From: an uncultured Candidatus Rokubacteria bacterium
GTDB taxonomy: Bacteria; Methylomirabilota; Methylomirabilia; Rokubacteriales; CSP1-6
Direction of reading: 5' to 3'
DNA: 64,000 nucleotides
Assembly: GCA_963747235.1 (NCBI GenBank)
Contig: CAVVEU010000040.1
Span: 32,001 to 96,000, forward strand
The position numbers and the translations under genes are program-made. This document shows, in pieces, positions 28,125 to 42,370 of this stretch (positions within the stretch are counted from its first letter, which is position 1; every line of letters begins with the position of its first letter). The notes beneath the pieces were generated by a model. That model ran no database searches and was not told the origin of the DNA. It saw only the letters and a program-made list of their open reading frames with translations.

Positions 28125-29297
28125 CTAGCCGCCGGCCAGCCGCGCCAGCACCGGCTCCATCCGCTCGAGCGCCTTCCGCAGATTGGCCTCGGCGCTGGCG
28201 TACGAGAGCCGCAGGTACCCTTCCCCGTACTCGCCGAACGCGGAGCCGCCCAGCACCGCGACGCCCGCCTCCCGGAGCAGGGTCTCCGCCACCTCGACCG
28301 AGGGCCGCTTGAGCGCCTTGATGTTCGGGAACACGTAGAAGGCCCCGCGCGGCGAGCGGCAGGAGACGCCGGGCAGCCGGTTGAGCCCGGCCACCAGCAC
28401 GTCGCGCCGCCGCTTGAACTCGGCCACCATCTCGATCACCGGCGTCTGGTCGCCCTGCAGCGCGGCGATGCCCGCCATCTGGGTGAACGAGGCGGTGCAC
28501 GAGTTGGAGTTCACCATCAGGCGCGTCACGTGCTCGGCCAGCGCCACCGGCATCACCCCGTAGCCCAGCCGCCAGCCGGTCATCGCGAACGACTTCGAGA
28601 AGCCGTCCAGGATGATGACCAGGTCCTTCATCCCCGGGAAGCGGGTGATCGAGGCGAACTCGCCCTCGTAGAGGAAGGACTTGTAGATCTCGTCGGAGAG
28701 CACCGGGATGCGGTAGGTCTTCGCGATCTCCGCGATGCGCCCGAGCTGCTCCACTTCCAGCACGCCGCCGGTCGGGTTCTGGGGCGAGTTGATGATGATG
28801 AGCTTGGTCTTGCGCGAGACGCTCTTCTCGAGCACGTCGAGGTCGAAGCCGAAGCCGCTCTCCTCGCGGAGCGGGATCGGCACCGGCTTGCCGCCGACGA
28901 AGTTGATCACGGATTCGTAGATCGGGAAGCCGGGATTGGGATGGACGACCTCGTCGCCGGGATTCACCAGCGCGGTGATCACGAAGTACATGATGGGCTT
29001 GGCCCCGGGCGTCACCACCACCTCGTCGGTGGAGACCGGGATGCTGCGCGTGCCCTCCACGTCCTTGACGATCGCCTCTCGCAGCTCGGGCAGGCCCGCG
29101 GCCGGCCCGTAGTGGGTCGCCCCGCTATCGAGCGCGCGCTTGGCCGCGTCGCGGATGTGGACCGGGGTGTCGAAGTCCGGCTCCCCGATCTCGAGGTGGA
29201 TGATCTCCTTGCCCTGCCGCTCGAGGGCCTTCGCGCGCGCCAGGACCTCGAACGCCGATTCCGTGCCGAGCCGCGACATCCGATCCGCAAAGTTCAT
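28125..29297 (-). CDS. Class I/II PLP aminotransferase (aspartate aminotransferase-like)
   Basis: LEIGEPDF, VTPGAK, NSPQNPTG, SDEIY, GFSKSFAMTGWRLG. Confidence 0.93.
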   Translation of the reverse strand: MNFADRMSRLGTESAFEVLARAKALERQGKEIIHLEIGEPDFDTPVHIRDAAKRALDSGATHYGPAAGLPELREAIVKDVEGTRSIPVSTDEVVVTPGAKPIMYFVITALVNPGDEVVHPNPGFPIYESVINFVGGKPVPIPLREESGFGFDLDVLEKSVSRKTKLIIINSPQNPTGGVLEVEQLGRIAEIAKTYRIPVLSDEIYKSFLYEGEFASITRFPGMKDLVIILDGFSKSFAMTGWRLGYGVMPVALAEHVTRLMVNSNSCTASFTQMAGIAALQGDQTPVIEMVAEFKRRRDVLVAGLNRLPGVSCRSPRGAFYVFPNIKALKRPSVEVAETLLREAGVAVLGGSAFGEYGEGYLRLSYASAEANLRKALERMEPVLARLAGG

Positions 29298-29322
29298 GGT
29301 GGCGCCGATTATACTCGACGCC
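29298..29322. promoter_or_regulatory. Bidirectional promoter with overlapping -10 boxes
   Basis: ATTATACT core: TATACT (+, 29310-29315) and TATAAT (-, 29308-29313) in a 25-bp gap between divergent ATGs. Confidence 0.75.
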
Positions 29323-30022
29323 ATGGACCTGGTGCCCACGGACCTGGTGGAGGTCCCCGCCGGCTGGTTCTGGATGGGCTGGGAGCACGGCCATCCGGGC
29401 GAGCGGCCGCGCCACCGGGTCTGGCTCGATCGCTTCGCCATCGCCCGGGCGCCGGTGACCAATCGCGAGTACGCGGGCTTTCTCGCGGACGGCGAGACCG
29501 AGCCGCCGGCCTGGTGGCAGGACTCGCGCTTCAACGACCCCGAGCAGCCGGTGGTCGGGGTGAGCTGGTTCGACGCGACGCGCTTCTGCCGGTGGCTGGC
29601 CGATCGCGAAGGCGTGTCCTGCCGGCTCCCGACCGAGGCCGAGTGGGAGAAGGCCGCGCGGGCCGGCCTCGACGACGCGCGCTTCCCCTGGGGCGACGAC
29701 CGGCCCACGGCGGCCGCCTTCGACCGGCCGCCCCGTCCGACCGACACGCCCGGCCAATGCGCTCGGCCTGGTCGCCCTCTCGGGCGTGTGCCACGAGTGG
29801 TGTCTGGACTGGGAGGACGAGGCCTACTACGCGCGATCGCCGTCGCTCAACCCGCGAGGGCCGGAGACGGGCACGCGCCGCGTGTCACGGGGCGGGGCCT
29901 GGCGGCATCAGGACGCGTGGAGCCCGGTGGCGCATCGCTCCTCGCTGCCACCGGCGCTACGCTACTCGGACTACGGCTTCAGAGTGCTCAGCGAGGCCCA
30001 CGCTCGAGCACGTCGCGCCTGA
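29323..30022 (+). CDS. FGE-sulfatase (SUMF1/EgtB/PvdO-family) domain protein; indel near 29752
   Basis: VPAGWFWMG, PVTNREY, PVVGVSWFDA, RLPTEAEWEKAAR, EWC, RGGAW, GFR. Confidence 0.88.
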
Positions 30023-30524
30023 GCTCCTGGAACGCCACCCGGACGATCGCGTGGGACGCGGTGAAGCGCGAGTCCATCTCCGCCCGGAGGCCCGTGCCGA
30101 GCCGCTCGATGGCCTCCGTGTTGGCCGCCACGCCTTCCGCGACCGCCCGCACGTCGGCGCGGATGGATTCGCCGACCACGTCGAAGTGCCGGCGGGTCTC
30201 CTCGGCAATCTCCCTCATCTCCCGCCGCAGATCATCCGCCTGCGCCCTCATCTCCTGCTTTCGACTCGCGGTTTCCACCCGCAACTGCTGATCCAGATCC
30301 ACCAGCCCTTCCCTCAGGCTCGTCGTCTCCGCCATCAGCGCCTGCCGCAGCTTGACCGTCTCCGTCGTCAAGTCCTGCCGCAGCTCGGACGTCTCCGCCC
30401 GGATGGCTGCCGTCTCCGTCCTGAGCTCCTGCCGCAGCTCGGCCGTCTCGGCGGTGCCGGCGCGGATCTCCTGGCGAAGGCCCGCCAGGGCGGCGTCGAG
30501 GTAGGCGCGCGTCTCGGGGTCCAC
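29988..30524 (-). CDS. Coiled-coil repeat protein
   Basis: Iterated ETxxLRQELxx units; RRHFDVVGESIRADVRAVAEG tail; TAGAGT 6 nt before the GTG. Confidence 0.75.
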   Translation of the reverse strand: MDPETRAYLDAALAGLRQEIRAGTAETAELRQELRTETAAIRAETSELRQDLTTETVKLRQALMAETTSLREGLVDLDQQLRVETASRKQEMRAQADDLRREMREIAEETRRHFDVVGESIRADVRAVAEGVAANTEAIERLGTGLRAEMDSRFTASHAIVRVAFQELRRDVLERGPR

Positions 30525-30586
30525 GCGATAACTCTAGCGAGCCGGCCGAAACCACGCAAGTGTCTCCACGCGGAGACGCCCGACCG

Positions 30587-33500
30587 CTACACGTCGCGCA
30601 GGGCGGCCTCGGCCTGGCCAAGCCAGTAGCGCATATCCAGCTCGCGAAGCAAGCCCACCGCCGCGGTGAGCCGCTCCGTCGCCGCGGCCCCGTCGCCCGC
30701 CCGGCGCGCCAGCTCACCCAGCCCGAGCTGGCAGAGCGCCTCCAGCGGGCGCATCTCGAGCGCGCGAGCCCGCGCCAGCGCGTCGGCGTAGTGCTCGGCC
30801 GCGCGCGTGCCCTGCCCGGCCCGCGCCGCAACCTCGCCGGCCATCCGCACCACGATCGCCGCGTACCCCTGCTCGGCATGCTCGGCCGCGAGCCGCTGCG
30901 CCTGATCGGCCACGTCGCCCGCGTCATCCACGCGCCCGGCCAGCAGATAGCCCTCGGCGAGCCACGCCAGGCGCAGCGCGTGCCGGCTCAGGATGCGCAG
31001 CGCGCACGCGCGGCGCACGCCTTCCTCGAGCAGCACGCACGCCGTCCTCCACGCGCCCGCTCCGCGCGTGGGCGACGCCGCGCGCGCAGAGCAGCATGGG
31101 GAGCCACGCGGTGAGATCCATCTCCCGGGAGAATGCGATGCCCCGGTCGAGGACTGGCCCGGCCTCGTCGAGATGCCCCTGGCTCAGGTGCACGAACCCC
31201 AGCGTCATGACCGCGCCCGCCAGGCTCCACGGATGCTCGGGGCTCTCCGCGAGAGCCACGCCCTCGCGCGCGCAGGCCAGCGCGTCGGCGAAATCGCCGG
31301 TGTCGGCCAGCGAGGCGGCGAGCCAGATGCGCGCGGCCACCGAGACGAGGCCCGCCATGCCCCAGCGCTCACGGCTGAGCGCGCCGTCCACCGCGTACAC
31401 CGCGCGGCCGAGATGCCGCTGCGCGGCGCGATAGTCGCCGAGCACGTGATGGGCCTGGCCGAGCCCGAAGGCGGCGACGATCTGGAGCGCGTCGTCCCGC
31501 AGCGCCCGCCCGGCGTCCAGCGCGCGCTCGGCCGCCCGGATGGCGGCGGCCTGCTCGCCCAGCGTGTAGTGCGACTGGGTGAGATACGCCGACACCCAGC
31601 CGAGGCGCCGCCGGTCGCCCAGCGCCTCGGCCTGGACGGCCGCGCGGCGCAGGTGATCGAGGGTACGGGTGAACTCGCCGAGCGGCGCGAGTGACGCGCG
31701 CAGATCGAACACGAGATCGATGGCCGTCTCCAGCGCGGGCCCGCGCGCGCCGTCGGCCTCCAGGATCTCGAGCGCCTGCTCGAAGAAGCCGACCGCCTCC
31801 CGGTGCGCCGAGCGCGCCGCCGCCTTGGTCCCCGCCTGGCGCAGGTAGTCCACCGCCCGGTCGCGCAGACCGCCGCGCAGGGCGTGGTGGGCCAGCCGCT
31901 CCACGTGCTCGCCCAGGCGCCCGGCATACAGCCGCTCGATCGCGTCCACGATGCGCGCGTGCAGCGCGCGCCGTGTCTCGTGCAGCAGGCTGCCGTAGGC
32001 CACCTCGTGGGTCAGGGCGTGCTTGAACGTGTACTCGATCTCGGGGAAGAAGCTGGCCTCGTAGAGCAGCTCGCCCGATTGCAGCAGCGCGAGCCCGGCG
32101 CGCAGCCCCTCGTCGGGCAGGTCGGCGATCTCGGCCAGCACCGGGAACGGCACGTCCTTGCCGATCACCGAGGCCGACTGGAGCACGTGCTTGGCGCCCG
32201 GCGTGAGGCGGTCGATGCGGGCGGCCAGCACCGCCTGCACGCTGCGCGGAACCTGGACGGTCTCGAGCGGCTTCGCGAGGCGGCGGGCCCCGGGCTCGCC
32301 GATCAGGGCCTGCGTCTCGACGAGCGCCCGCACGCTCTCCTCGAGGAAGAGCGGGTTGCCGTCGGTGCGCTCCACCAGCACCGTCTTGAGCGCGGCCAGG
32401 CCGGGATCCGGGCCGAGCATGCTCTCGAGCAGCGCGTGGGCCAGTCGCCGGGGGGAACGGATCGATCCGGATCTGCGCGTAGCCGGGCTTGCTGCCCCAC
32501 TGATGCTGGTACTCGGGCCGGTAGGCGACCAGGATCAGCAGGCGCGTGCCCTGAAGGCGGTCCACCAGGTTGTCGAGCAGCGCCTGGGTCTCCTCGTCGA
32601 TGCGCTGGAGATCCTCCACCACGAAGACCACCGGCTGGCGCCGGCTCTCGGCCAGCAGCACGTTGCGCACCGCGTCCTGGATGCGCCGGCGGCGCTGCGG
32701 CGGATCGAGCGCACGCCACGCCTCGTCCTCGGGCTCGAGATCGGCGAGCGCGAGCAGGGCCGGGAGCGCCGGGGCGAGCGCGCGATCGAGCGCCAGGACC
32801 TTGCCGGTGATCTTCTCGCGGATGACCCGCTCCTCGTCGAGCCGGTCGATCTGGCAGTAGCGGCGCAGGGCGTCCATCACCGGCATCCAGGACGGCGTCT
32901 TCCGGTAGGCGACCGGCCGGCCTTCCAGCAGGATCGCCCCGTCCATCCACGGCCCCTCGACGAACTCGCGGATGACGCGCGACTTGCCGACGCCGGGCTC
33001 GCCCACCAGCGCCACCAGGCGCCCCTCGCCTGCGCAGCTCCGCGCGAACGCCTCGCGCAGCCGCTCCACCTCGGCCTCGCGGCCCACGAAGCGCGTCAGG
33101 CCGCGCACCGCCGCCGCCTGCAGGCGGTAGCGCGCCGGGCCCGCCCCGGTCAGCTCGTACACCTCGACCGGGTCGGTGACCCCTTTGATCGGCACCGGTC
33201 CGAGGGCCGTCACGGCCAGGAAGCCCTCGGTGAGCCGCCGCGTCTCCGGGGCGAGCAGCGTCGAGCCGGGCCGCGCGAGGCGCTCCATCTGGGCCGCCAG
33301 GTAGGTGGTCTGGCCGACCGCGCTGTAGTCCATGTGCAGATCGCTGCCGATGGCGCGCACCACGACCTCGCCGGAGTTGAGCCCGACGCGGATCTGCACG
33401 TCCACGCCCTCCGCGCGGCGCAGGTCGCGGGCCAGCCGGTGCACCTCCTCGTGCATCCGCAGCGCGGCGTAGGCGGCGCGCACCGCGTGATTCTCGTGGG

Positions 33501-33966
33501 CCACCGGCGCGCCGAAGATGGCCATGACCCCGTCGCCGAGCACCTGGTTCACGGTGCCCTCGTAGCGGTGGACGGCCTCCATCATCACGGCCAGCACCGG
33601 ATCGAGCATGCGCCGCGCGTCCTCGGGATCGCGATCGGCCAGGAGCTCGAGCGAGCCCTTCATGTCGGCGAAGAGCACCGTCACCTGCTTGCGCTCGCCC
33701 TCGAGCGTGCCGCGCGAGGTGCGGATCTTCTCGGCCAGGTGCGGCGGCGTGTAGGTCTCGGGCGAGGCGAAGCGGACCGGGCCCGCGACGAGGATCGGCT
33801 GGCCGCAGCCCCCGCAGAAGCGCGCGCCCGGCTCGTGCACGAAGCCGCAGCGCGCGCACGAAGCCTGGAGGGCCTGGCCGCACGCGACGCAGAAGCGATG
33901 GCTCGGCGGGTTCTCGGCGCGGCAGCGGGGACAGGGCACCGGCCCCGTCTCGGGCGTCGCGGTCAT
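30587..33966 (-). CDS. Double zinc ribbon + class III adenylate/guanylate cyclase + AAA ATPase + TPR protein; indels near 32445 and 31035
   Basis: Four CxxC, VTVLFADMKGS, GDGVMAIFG, GEPGVGKSR, TDGNPLFLEE, YTFKHALTHEVAY. Confidence 0.92.
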
Positions 33967-33970
33967 GCGG

Positions 33971-34456
33971 CTACCAGGGCCGCGCGGGCGCCGGGAGCCC
34001 GTCGAGCGCGGCGGGCAACGGCTCGCGCGGGGCGAGCCCGCGGCGCGTGAGCGCGTCGTGGAGCGCCCGCAATGAATCCGCCGCCGCGCCGGTCACGCGC
34101 TCGAGCAGCTCGAGGCCCGGCTGCGGTCCGTCGTGCACCGCGATCACGCGCGCGAACTCGCGCGGCCCGGCGCCCTCGAACCACCCTCCGAGCCGGCCGC
34201 GCACCAGGGCGCCGTAGCGGGCCACCGACGCGCCGTCCAGCAGATCGGCGGGCGCGGCCTCGTGGCGCCAGTCTTCCGGGAAGCGGCCCAGGTCCATGCC
34301 GTCGGCGAAACCCAGGCCGAGACGGAAGAGGCCGAAGGCGAGATCGCGCAGCGCCGGATCCAGGTCGGCCTCCGCCACGGGGCGGATCATGCGCTCGCCG
34401 GCCGCCAGGATGTCGTCCAGCCGGCGGCCCAGCTCGCCCGGATCGAGCCGGCCCAC
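33971..34456 (-). CDS. Hypothetical protein, possibly degenerate DinB-like
   Basis: GTG start just after the ECH stop; helical; [18 protein letters not shown]. Confidence 0.6.
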   Translation of the reverse strand: MGRLDPGELGRRLDDILAAGERMIRPVAEADLDPALRDLAFGLFRLGLGFADGMDLGRFPEDWRHEAAPADLLDGASVARYGALVRGRLGGWFEGAGPREFARVIAVHDGPQPGLELLERVTGAAADSLRALHDALTRRGLAPREPLPAALDGLPAPARPW

Positions 34457-34461
34457 GGGGC

Positions 34462-35251
34462 CTAGCGACCCGTGAACGTCACCGGCTGCTTGCGGGCGAA
34501 CGCGACCACGCCGTTGCGGAAGTCCTCGGTATGGCCGCTGGCCGCGATCGCCTGCGCCTCCAGCTCCATCTGCGTCTCGAGGCTCTCCTGGGTGGACTGG
34601 TGGAAGAGCAGCTTGGCGCGCCCGAAGGCCTGCGTCGGGCCCTGGGCCAGCTCGCGGGCCAGCGCGGCGACCGCGCCGGGGAACTCGGCGTCCGGGTGCA
34701 CGCGGTTGACCAGGCCCCACTCCATCGCCTCGCGCGCCGAGAGCACGCGGTTCGTGTAGTGCAGCTCGAGCGCGCGGCGCAGCCCGATCAGCCGCGGCAG
34801 GAAGTAGGACGACGAGCCGTCCGGCGAGGCGGCGATCCTGCGAGTAGGCCATCGTGAACTTCGCCGATTCCGCGGCCACCACCAGGTCCCCCGAGAGCGC
34901 GAGGCTCATCCCGCCGCCCGCCGCGATGCCGTTCACCGCCATCACCACCGGCTTCATGGTGCGCGCCAGCCGCGAGATCGCCCCGTGCAGGTACGTGGTC
35001 AGCTCCTTGACCAGGACGCCGATCCGCTCCGGGTTGTCCGCGAAGTCCTTGACGTCACCGCCCGCGCAGAACGCCTTCCCGGCCCCGGTGATCACGACGC
35101 ACCGCACCGCCCGGTCCTCGTCCGCCTCCAGCGCGGCGTGGAAGAGATCCCGGCCGAGCGCCAGGTTCAGGGCGTTGTAGGCGTCGGGCCGGTTGAGCGT
35201 GATGGTCGCGATGCCGTCCTTCAGCTCGTAGCGCAGGGTCTCGTACGCCAT
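34462..35251 (-). CDS. Enoyl-CoA hydratase/isomerase (PaaG-like); indel near 34840
   Basis: [41 protein letters not shown]. Confidence 0.92.
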
Positions 35252-35271
35252 GGTCCTCTCCCGTGGAGTCG

Positions 35272-36687
35272 CTAGCGGCGGTCGCCGACGCGATGGAGCT
35301 TGAGGAGGTTGGTGGTCCCGGTCACCCACATCGGCGCGCCGGAGATGATCACGATCACGTCGTTGTTCCGCACGGTGCCGTCGCCCAGCAGCGTGGCCTC
35401 CACTTCCTCGATCATCTCGTCGGTGGTCTCCACCTTGTGCACGAGCCGCGAGGAGACGCCCCAGAAGAGGCCGAGGCGCCGCTGCACCTCCGAGTACGGC
35501 GTGAGCGCCATGATCGGCACTTCCGGCCGGTCCTGGGAGATGAGCCGCGCGCTGAAGCCCGACTGGGTGAAGGCCACGATGGCCTTGGCGTGGAGCAGCC
35601 GGGCCGCCTGGCAGGCCGCCTCCGCCACCGCCTCCGGGAAGCCGTAGGCCTCCGGCCGCTGGCGGGAGCCGTTCGCCGCCGGGACGGCCCGCTCGGCCCG
35701 CTCCGCGATGCGCGCCATCATCTCGACCGTCTCCACCGGGAAGCGGCCGGTCGCCGTCTCCGCGGAGAGCATGATCGCGTCCGCGCCGTCGAAGATGGCG
35801 GTGGCCACGTCGCTCACCTCGGCGCGGGTGGGCCGCGAGTGCGTGACCATGGACTCGAGCATCTGGGTGGCCACGATCACCGGCACCTTGGCCAGCCGCG
35901 CCTGGCGGATCACGTCCTTCTGGATGACCGGCACCTCCTCGAGCGGCACCTCGACCCCGAGATCGCCCCGCGCCACCATCACCGCGTCCACCAGCGGCAG
36001 CAGCCCCTGCAGGTTCGCGACGATCTCCGCGCGCTCGAGCTTGGCCACGATCGGGATGTTGGCGCCCTGGTCGTGGAGGAACTTGCGGACCTCCTGGATG
36101 TCGGCGGCGGAGCGGACGAAGGAGATCGCCACGTAGTCCACCGCCTGCTCGATCCCGAAGCGCAGGTCCTCGCGGTCCTTCTCGGCCAGGCACGAGACCG
36201 GCACCGGCAGCCGCGGGAAGGACACGCCCTTGTGATCCGACACCGGCCCGCCCGAGACGACCCGGCACTCGACCTCGCCGTCCGTCCACCTTCTCCACCA
36301 CGAGCTGGATCATCCCGTCGTCCATCCAGACCGCATCGCCCGGCCGCAGGGCCGCGAGGAACTCGGGATGGTTCAGCGAGCTGCGCGAGGCGGTCCCCTT
36401 CACGGTGCGGGTGGTCAGCACGAAGTGCTCCCCCGGCGCGAGCATGGCCTGCCCGCCCACGAACGTGCCGAGGCGCACCTTGGGGCCCTGGAGATCCTGG
36501 AGGATGGTGATCGGCCGGCCCCAGCGCGCCTCCCCCTCCCGGATCGCGCGGATGACCTCGGCGTGCTCGGCGTGGGTGCCGTGCGAGAAGTTGAGCCGGG
36601 CCACGTCCATGCCCGCGGCCACCAGCCGGTCGAGCATCTCCGGCCGGCTGCTCGCCGGGCCGATCGTGCAGACGATCTTGGTGCGTC

Positions 36688-36691
<4 letters not shown>
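35272..36691 (-). CDS. pyk: Pyruvate kinase; indel near 36285
   Basis: [50 protein letters not shown]. Confidence 0.95.
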
Positions 36692-39457
<2,766 letters not shown>

Positions 39458-39467
39458 GGACGCTACA

Positions 39468-40632
39468 TCATACCCCCAGCGTCGAGCGGCGTAAAACGAC
39501 CCGCCGCTCCGTCACCACGAACAGCGTGAGGCCCACCAGCGCACCCGCCGCCGCGGTGTGGAACCCGGCCGCGAAGGAGACGCGCTCCACCGTGAAGCCC
39601 ACCAGGAGCGAGCCGAGCACGCTGCCGAGGTCGAAGGAGCCGGAGAGCGTGCCCATGGCGGAGCCACGCTCGGCCTCCGGCGTGCGGTCCACCAGGAGCG
39701 CGAGCAGGGTCGGATAGAACATGGCCACGCCGGCCCCGAGCATGATCGCGGCCGCGGCCAGCGTCGGCACCCGCGGCGGCTGGGCGAGGACCAGGTAGCT
39801 CAGCGTCGTGAGCGCCACCGCGGGCACGATCACCCGGGCCCGGCCGATCCGATCGGACAGGCCACGGAGGGTCAGCCGCCCGGTGATGATGCAGATCGCG
39901 AAGAGCACGTAGAACCACCCGAGGCTACCCTCGAGGCCCGAGGCCAGCGCGTAGAGGGGCAGGAAGGCGTAGATCGAGCTGTAGCCGATGTTCACGCACA
40001 CCACCGTGGCCGCGGCCGGCAGCGCACGCCGGCTGAACCAGCGAAATCCCTGCGGGGACGCGGCCTCCAGGGCCGGTGTCTTGAGAATCAGGATGAGCAC
40101 CGCGATCAGCGCGCCGAGGCCCACCGCGGCGGCGAAGCAGGCCTGGATGCCGGCCGCGCGCGTACAGCGCCAGGCCGAGCGGCGGGCCCGCCGCGAAGGA
40201 GAGCGCGGTGGCCAGGAAGTAGACGCTGAGCGCCTCGCCCCGCCGGGCCGACGGGCTGGCCTGGGCCACGAGCACGCCCGCCGCGGTGGCCAGCACCCCG
40301 TTGCCGCAGCCGAGGCCCGCCATCAGGGCGACATACGCGGCGGGAGCCGCGGCCAACGGCAGCAGCAGGAGCGTCGCGAGCAGAACGGCCACCCCGGGGA
40401 GCATCACGCGCCGGGCGCCGAACCGATCCACCCACCCGCCGACCAGCGGGCGCAGGATCATGGAGACGGTCGTGGACGTGGCGAAGAGCAGGCCGACCTG
40501 GGTCTTGCTGCCCCCGAGCCCGACCACGTGCAGCGGCAGCGTGGCGTTGAGCAGGTAGATCACGACGTGCACGCCCCCCGAGATCGCCAGGCAGGCCGCG
40601 ATCGTCGGCGTGATCAGCGAGGCCGCGGTCAC
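39468..40632 (-). CDS. MFS transporter; indel near 40155
   Basis: [11 protein letters not shown] and [10 protein letters not shown] motif A in the two halves. Confidence 0.88.
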
Positions 40633-42108
40633 GGCCGCACGCGCCGGCCGAGCCACAGCACCAGCGCTCCGACGGGCCCGGCCACGAGCGCCGGATAGGC
40701 GATGGCGGCGCCCAGGAATCCGCCGCCCGTGCCGCGGAGCTGGAGCGCGGCCAGCCCGACGAACACGATGAGCCCGATCGTCCCGGCGGTGGCCGCGGTG
40801 CGGCCGTGGCGCGGCGGCCAGAGCGCGGCCGGCCCGAGCGCGCAGCCCGCGCCGCCCAGGGCGAGCAGGCTCAGCGCCCACGGATCCACGGGCCACAGGC
40901 TCGCGACCGCGGCCCCGCCGAAGAGGCCGGCCCAGAGCCCCGGATCGTGGCCGATCTCGCCGCCGCCCGTGGCGTCGAGCGCGCCGAGGCGCTCGCGGAG
41001 CGCGAGGCTCGAGGCGAGGAAAGCGGCGAGGCCGGCGGCGAGCAGCAGCATCTGGAGCGTGCGGCGCCACGGCTCGGCGAAGAGCGCATGCGGAGGCAGC
41101 TCGAGCAGGCGCTCGAGCGTCATGCCGCCCAGGAAGAGATCGGGCGCCTGGATCAGCGCGTAGACCGCCCAGGCCTGCGCCCACACGAAGGCGAGCAGCA
41201 GCCCGCCGGCCGCGAGGCCCACGCCGATCGCGGGAGAGGCGCACCGTGAGGCCCGCGCGCAGCAGCGCGGCCGCTCCCGCCAGCAGCGTGACGGCCAGGC
41301 CGACGCGCTCGAGCCAGCGGCGCGGCCCGCCGTCGGCCCAGGCCATGCCGGATGCCGGCGCTCCGGGGACCCGCTTGTCCGCCTCGAAGCGTAGCCGCAG
41401 CGTCGAGGCGCGCGAGATCTCGTCGCCCGCGCGCAGCGTCACGGTCTGCCCGGGCGCCAGCGTCCACTCGATGGCGGCGGGGCGCCCACCGTCCAGCGTG
41501 CGCGCGCGCAGGATGCCCCCGACGGGCGCGGTCACGCGATGCACCTCGTCGAAGACGAGCGGCGCGCCGCCACGCACCACGCCCAGATCGCGCCCACCGA
41601 TGACCCAGGGGCTCGAGGGCGGGAACCGGAAGGCGGGCTGGCTCGCCACGCGATCCCACGCCGCGATGGGTCCGAGCGCGAGCGCCCACGCGAGCTGCAG
41701 CAGCACCACCACCACGGCGATGAACGCGACCGCGAGCAGCAGCGGCGCCGTCCGGCGCAGCGGCCGCCAGGCCGTCAAGAGCCACCCCGCCCCCGCGGTG
41801 ACCACGATGCCCTGCCACCGCCGCGCGCCGAGCCACGCGGCCACGTCGCCCGCCAGGGCGATGTTCGCCCAGAGCAGCACGCCCACCGTGATGAGCAGCG
41901 TGACGACCGGGAAGAGCGTCTCGCCGCCGCGCGAGCTATCCCCCGGCACCGGACGGCCGGTGCCCCAGCCCAGCGCGATGAGGGGCGTCAGCGCCACCAC
42001 GAGGCCGAGCCAGAGGCCGTCGGGCCCGCGCGCGGCGAGGGCCGCCGGCACCGCCAGCGCCACCACCGGCGTGAGCCAGACCGCCAGGATGCGCGCGACC
42101 GACGTCAT
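40629..42108 (-). CDS. Multi-pass membrane protein, possibly a divergent sodium:solute symporter with an extracellular insert; indel near 41232
   Basis: Many hydrophobic segments; ATGA/GTGA coupling at both ends; follows a DUF485/DUF4212-like small gene. Confidence 0.6.
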
Positions 42109-42317
42109 GCGTCCGGGGACGGGACCGGCACCGGCTCGGCGAGCCAGCGGATCGCGACGAGCACCGCCAGCCCCGGCGCGAGCACGCCGCCGTACCACCA
42201 GAGCAGCGAGAGCCCGGCCACGCGAATGCTCGCCACCTGGTTCGGGAGCGCGCCGAGGAGGAGGAAGCCCGCGAGCAGCAGCGCGAGCAGGACGACACCG
42301 GTGGTCCGCGTGGTCAC
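42105..42317 (-). CDS. Small 2-TM protein (DUF485/DUF4212-like)
   Basis: IRVAGLSLLWWYGGVLAP; TATAAT 7 nt before the GTG. Confidence 0.6.
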   Translation of the reverse strand: MTTRTTGVVLLALLLAGFLLLGALPNQVASIRVAGLSLLWWYGGVLAPGLAVLVAIRWLAEPVPVPSPDA

Positions 42318-42370
42318 CGGCCGCATTATAGCGGGATGGTAAGATAGCAAGCACGAAAGGAGCCTTCTCC

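Noticed and set aside
29323-30022. Selenoneine/ergothioneine synthase (SenA/EgtB), given nearby selenoproteins
   Set aside because: No DinB-like domain or HxxxH iron motif, and no senB/senC or egtD neighbours.
30320-30460. Periodic DNA repeats as a CRISPR array
   Set aside because: Degenerate, codon-phased repeats inside a coiled-coil CDS; no spacers or cas genes.
26367-30629. Long antisense ORFs (1420 aa here; also 3715..6453, 4437..6911 and others)
   Set aside because: Shadow or alternate frames of well-supported genes; Arg/Gly/Pro-rich with no motifs.
39458-39500. SOS-like motif upstream of uvrA
   Set aside because: Only ATAC and a GAG at the wrong spacing match; no CTAAACA core.
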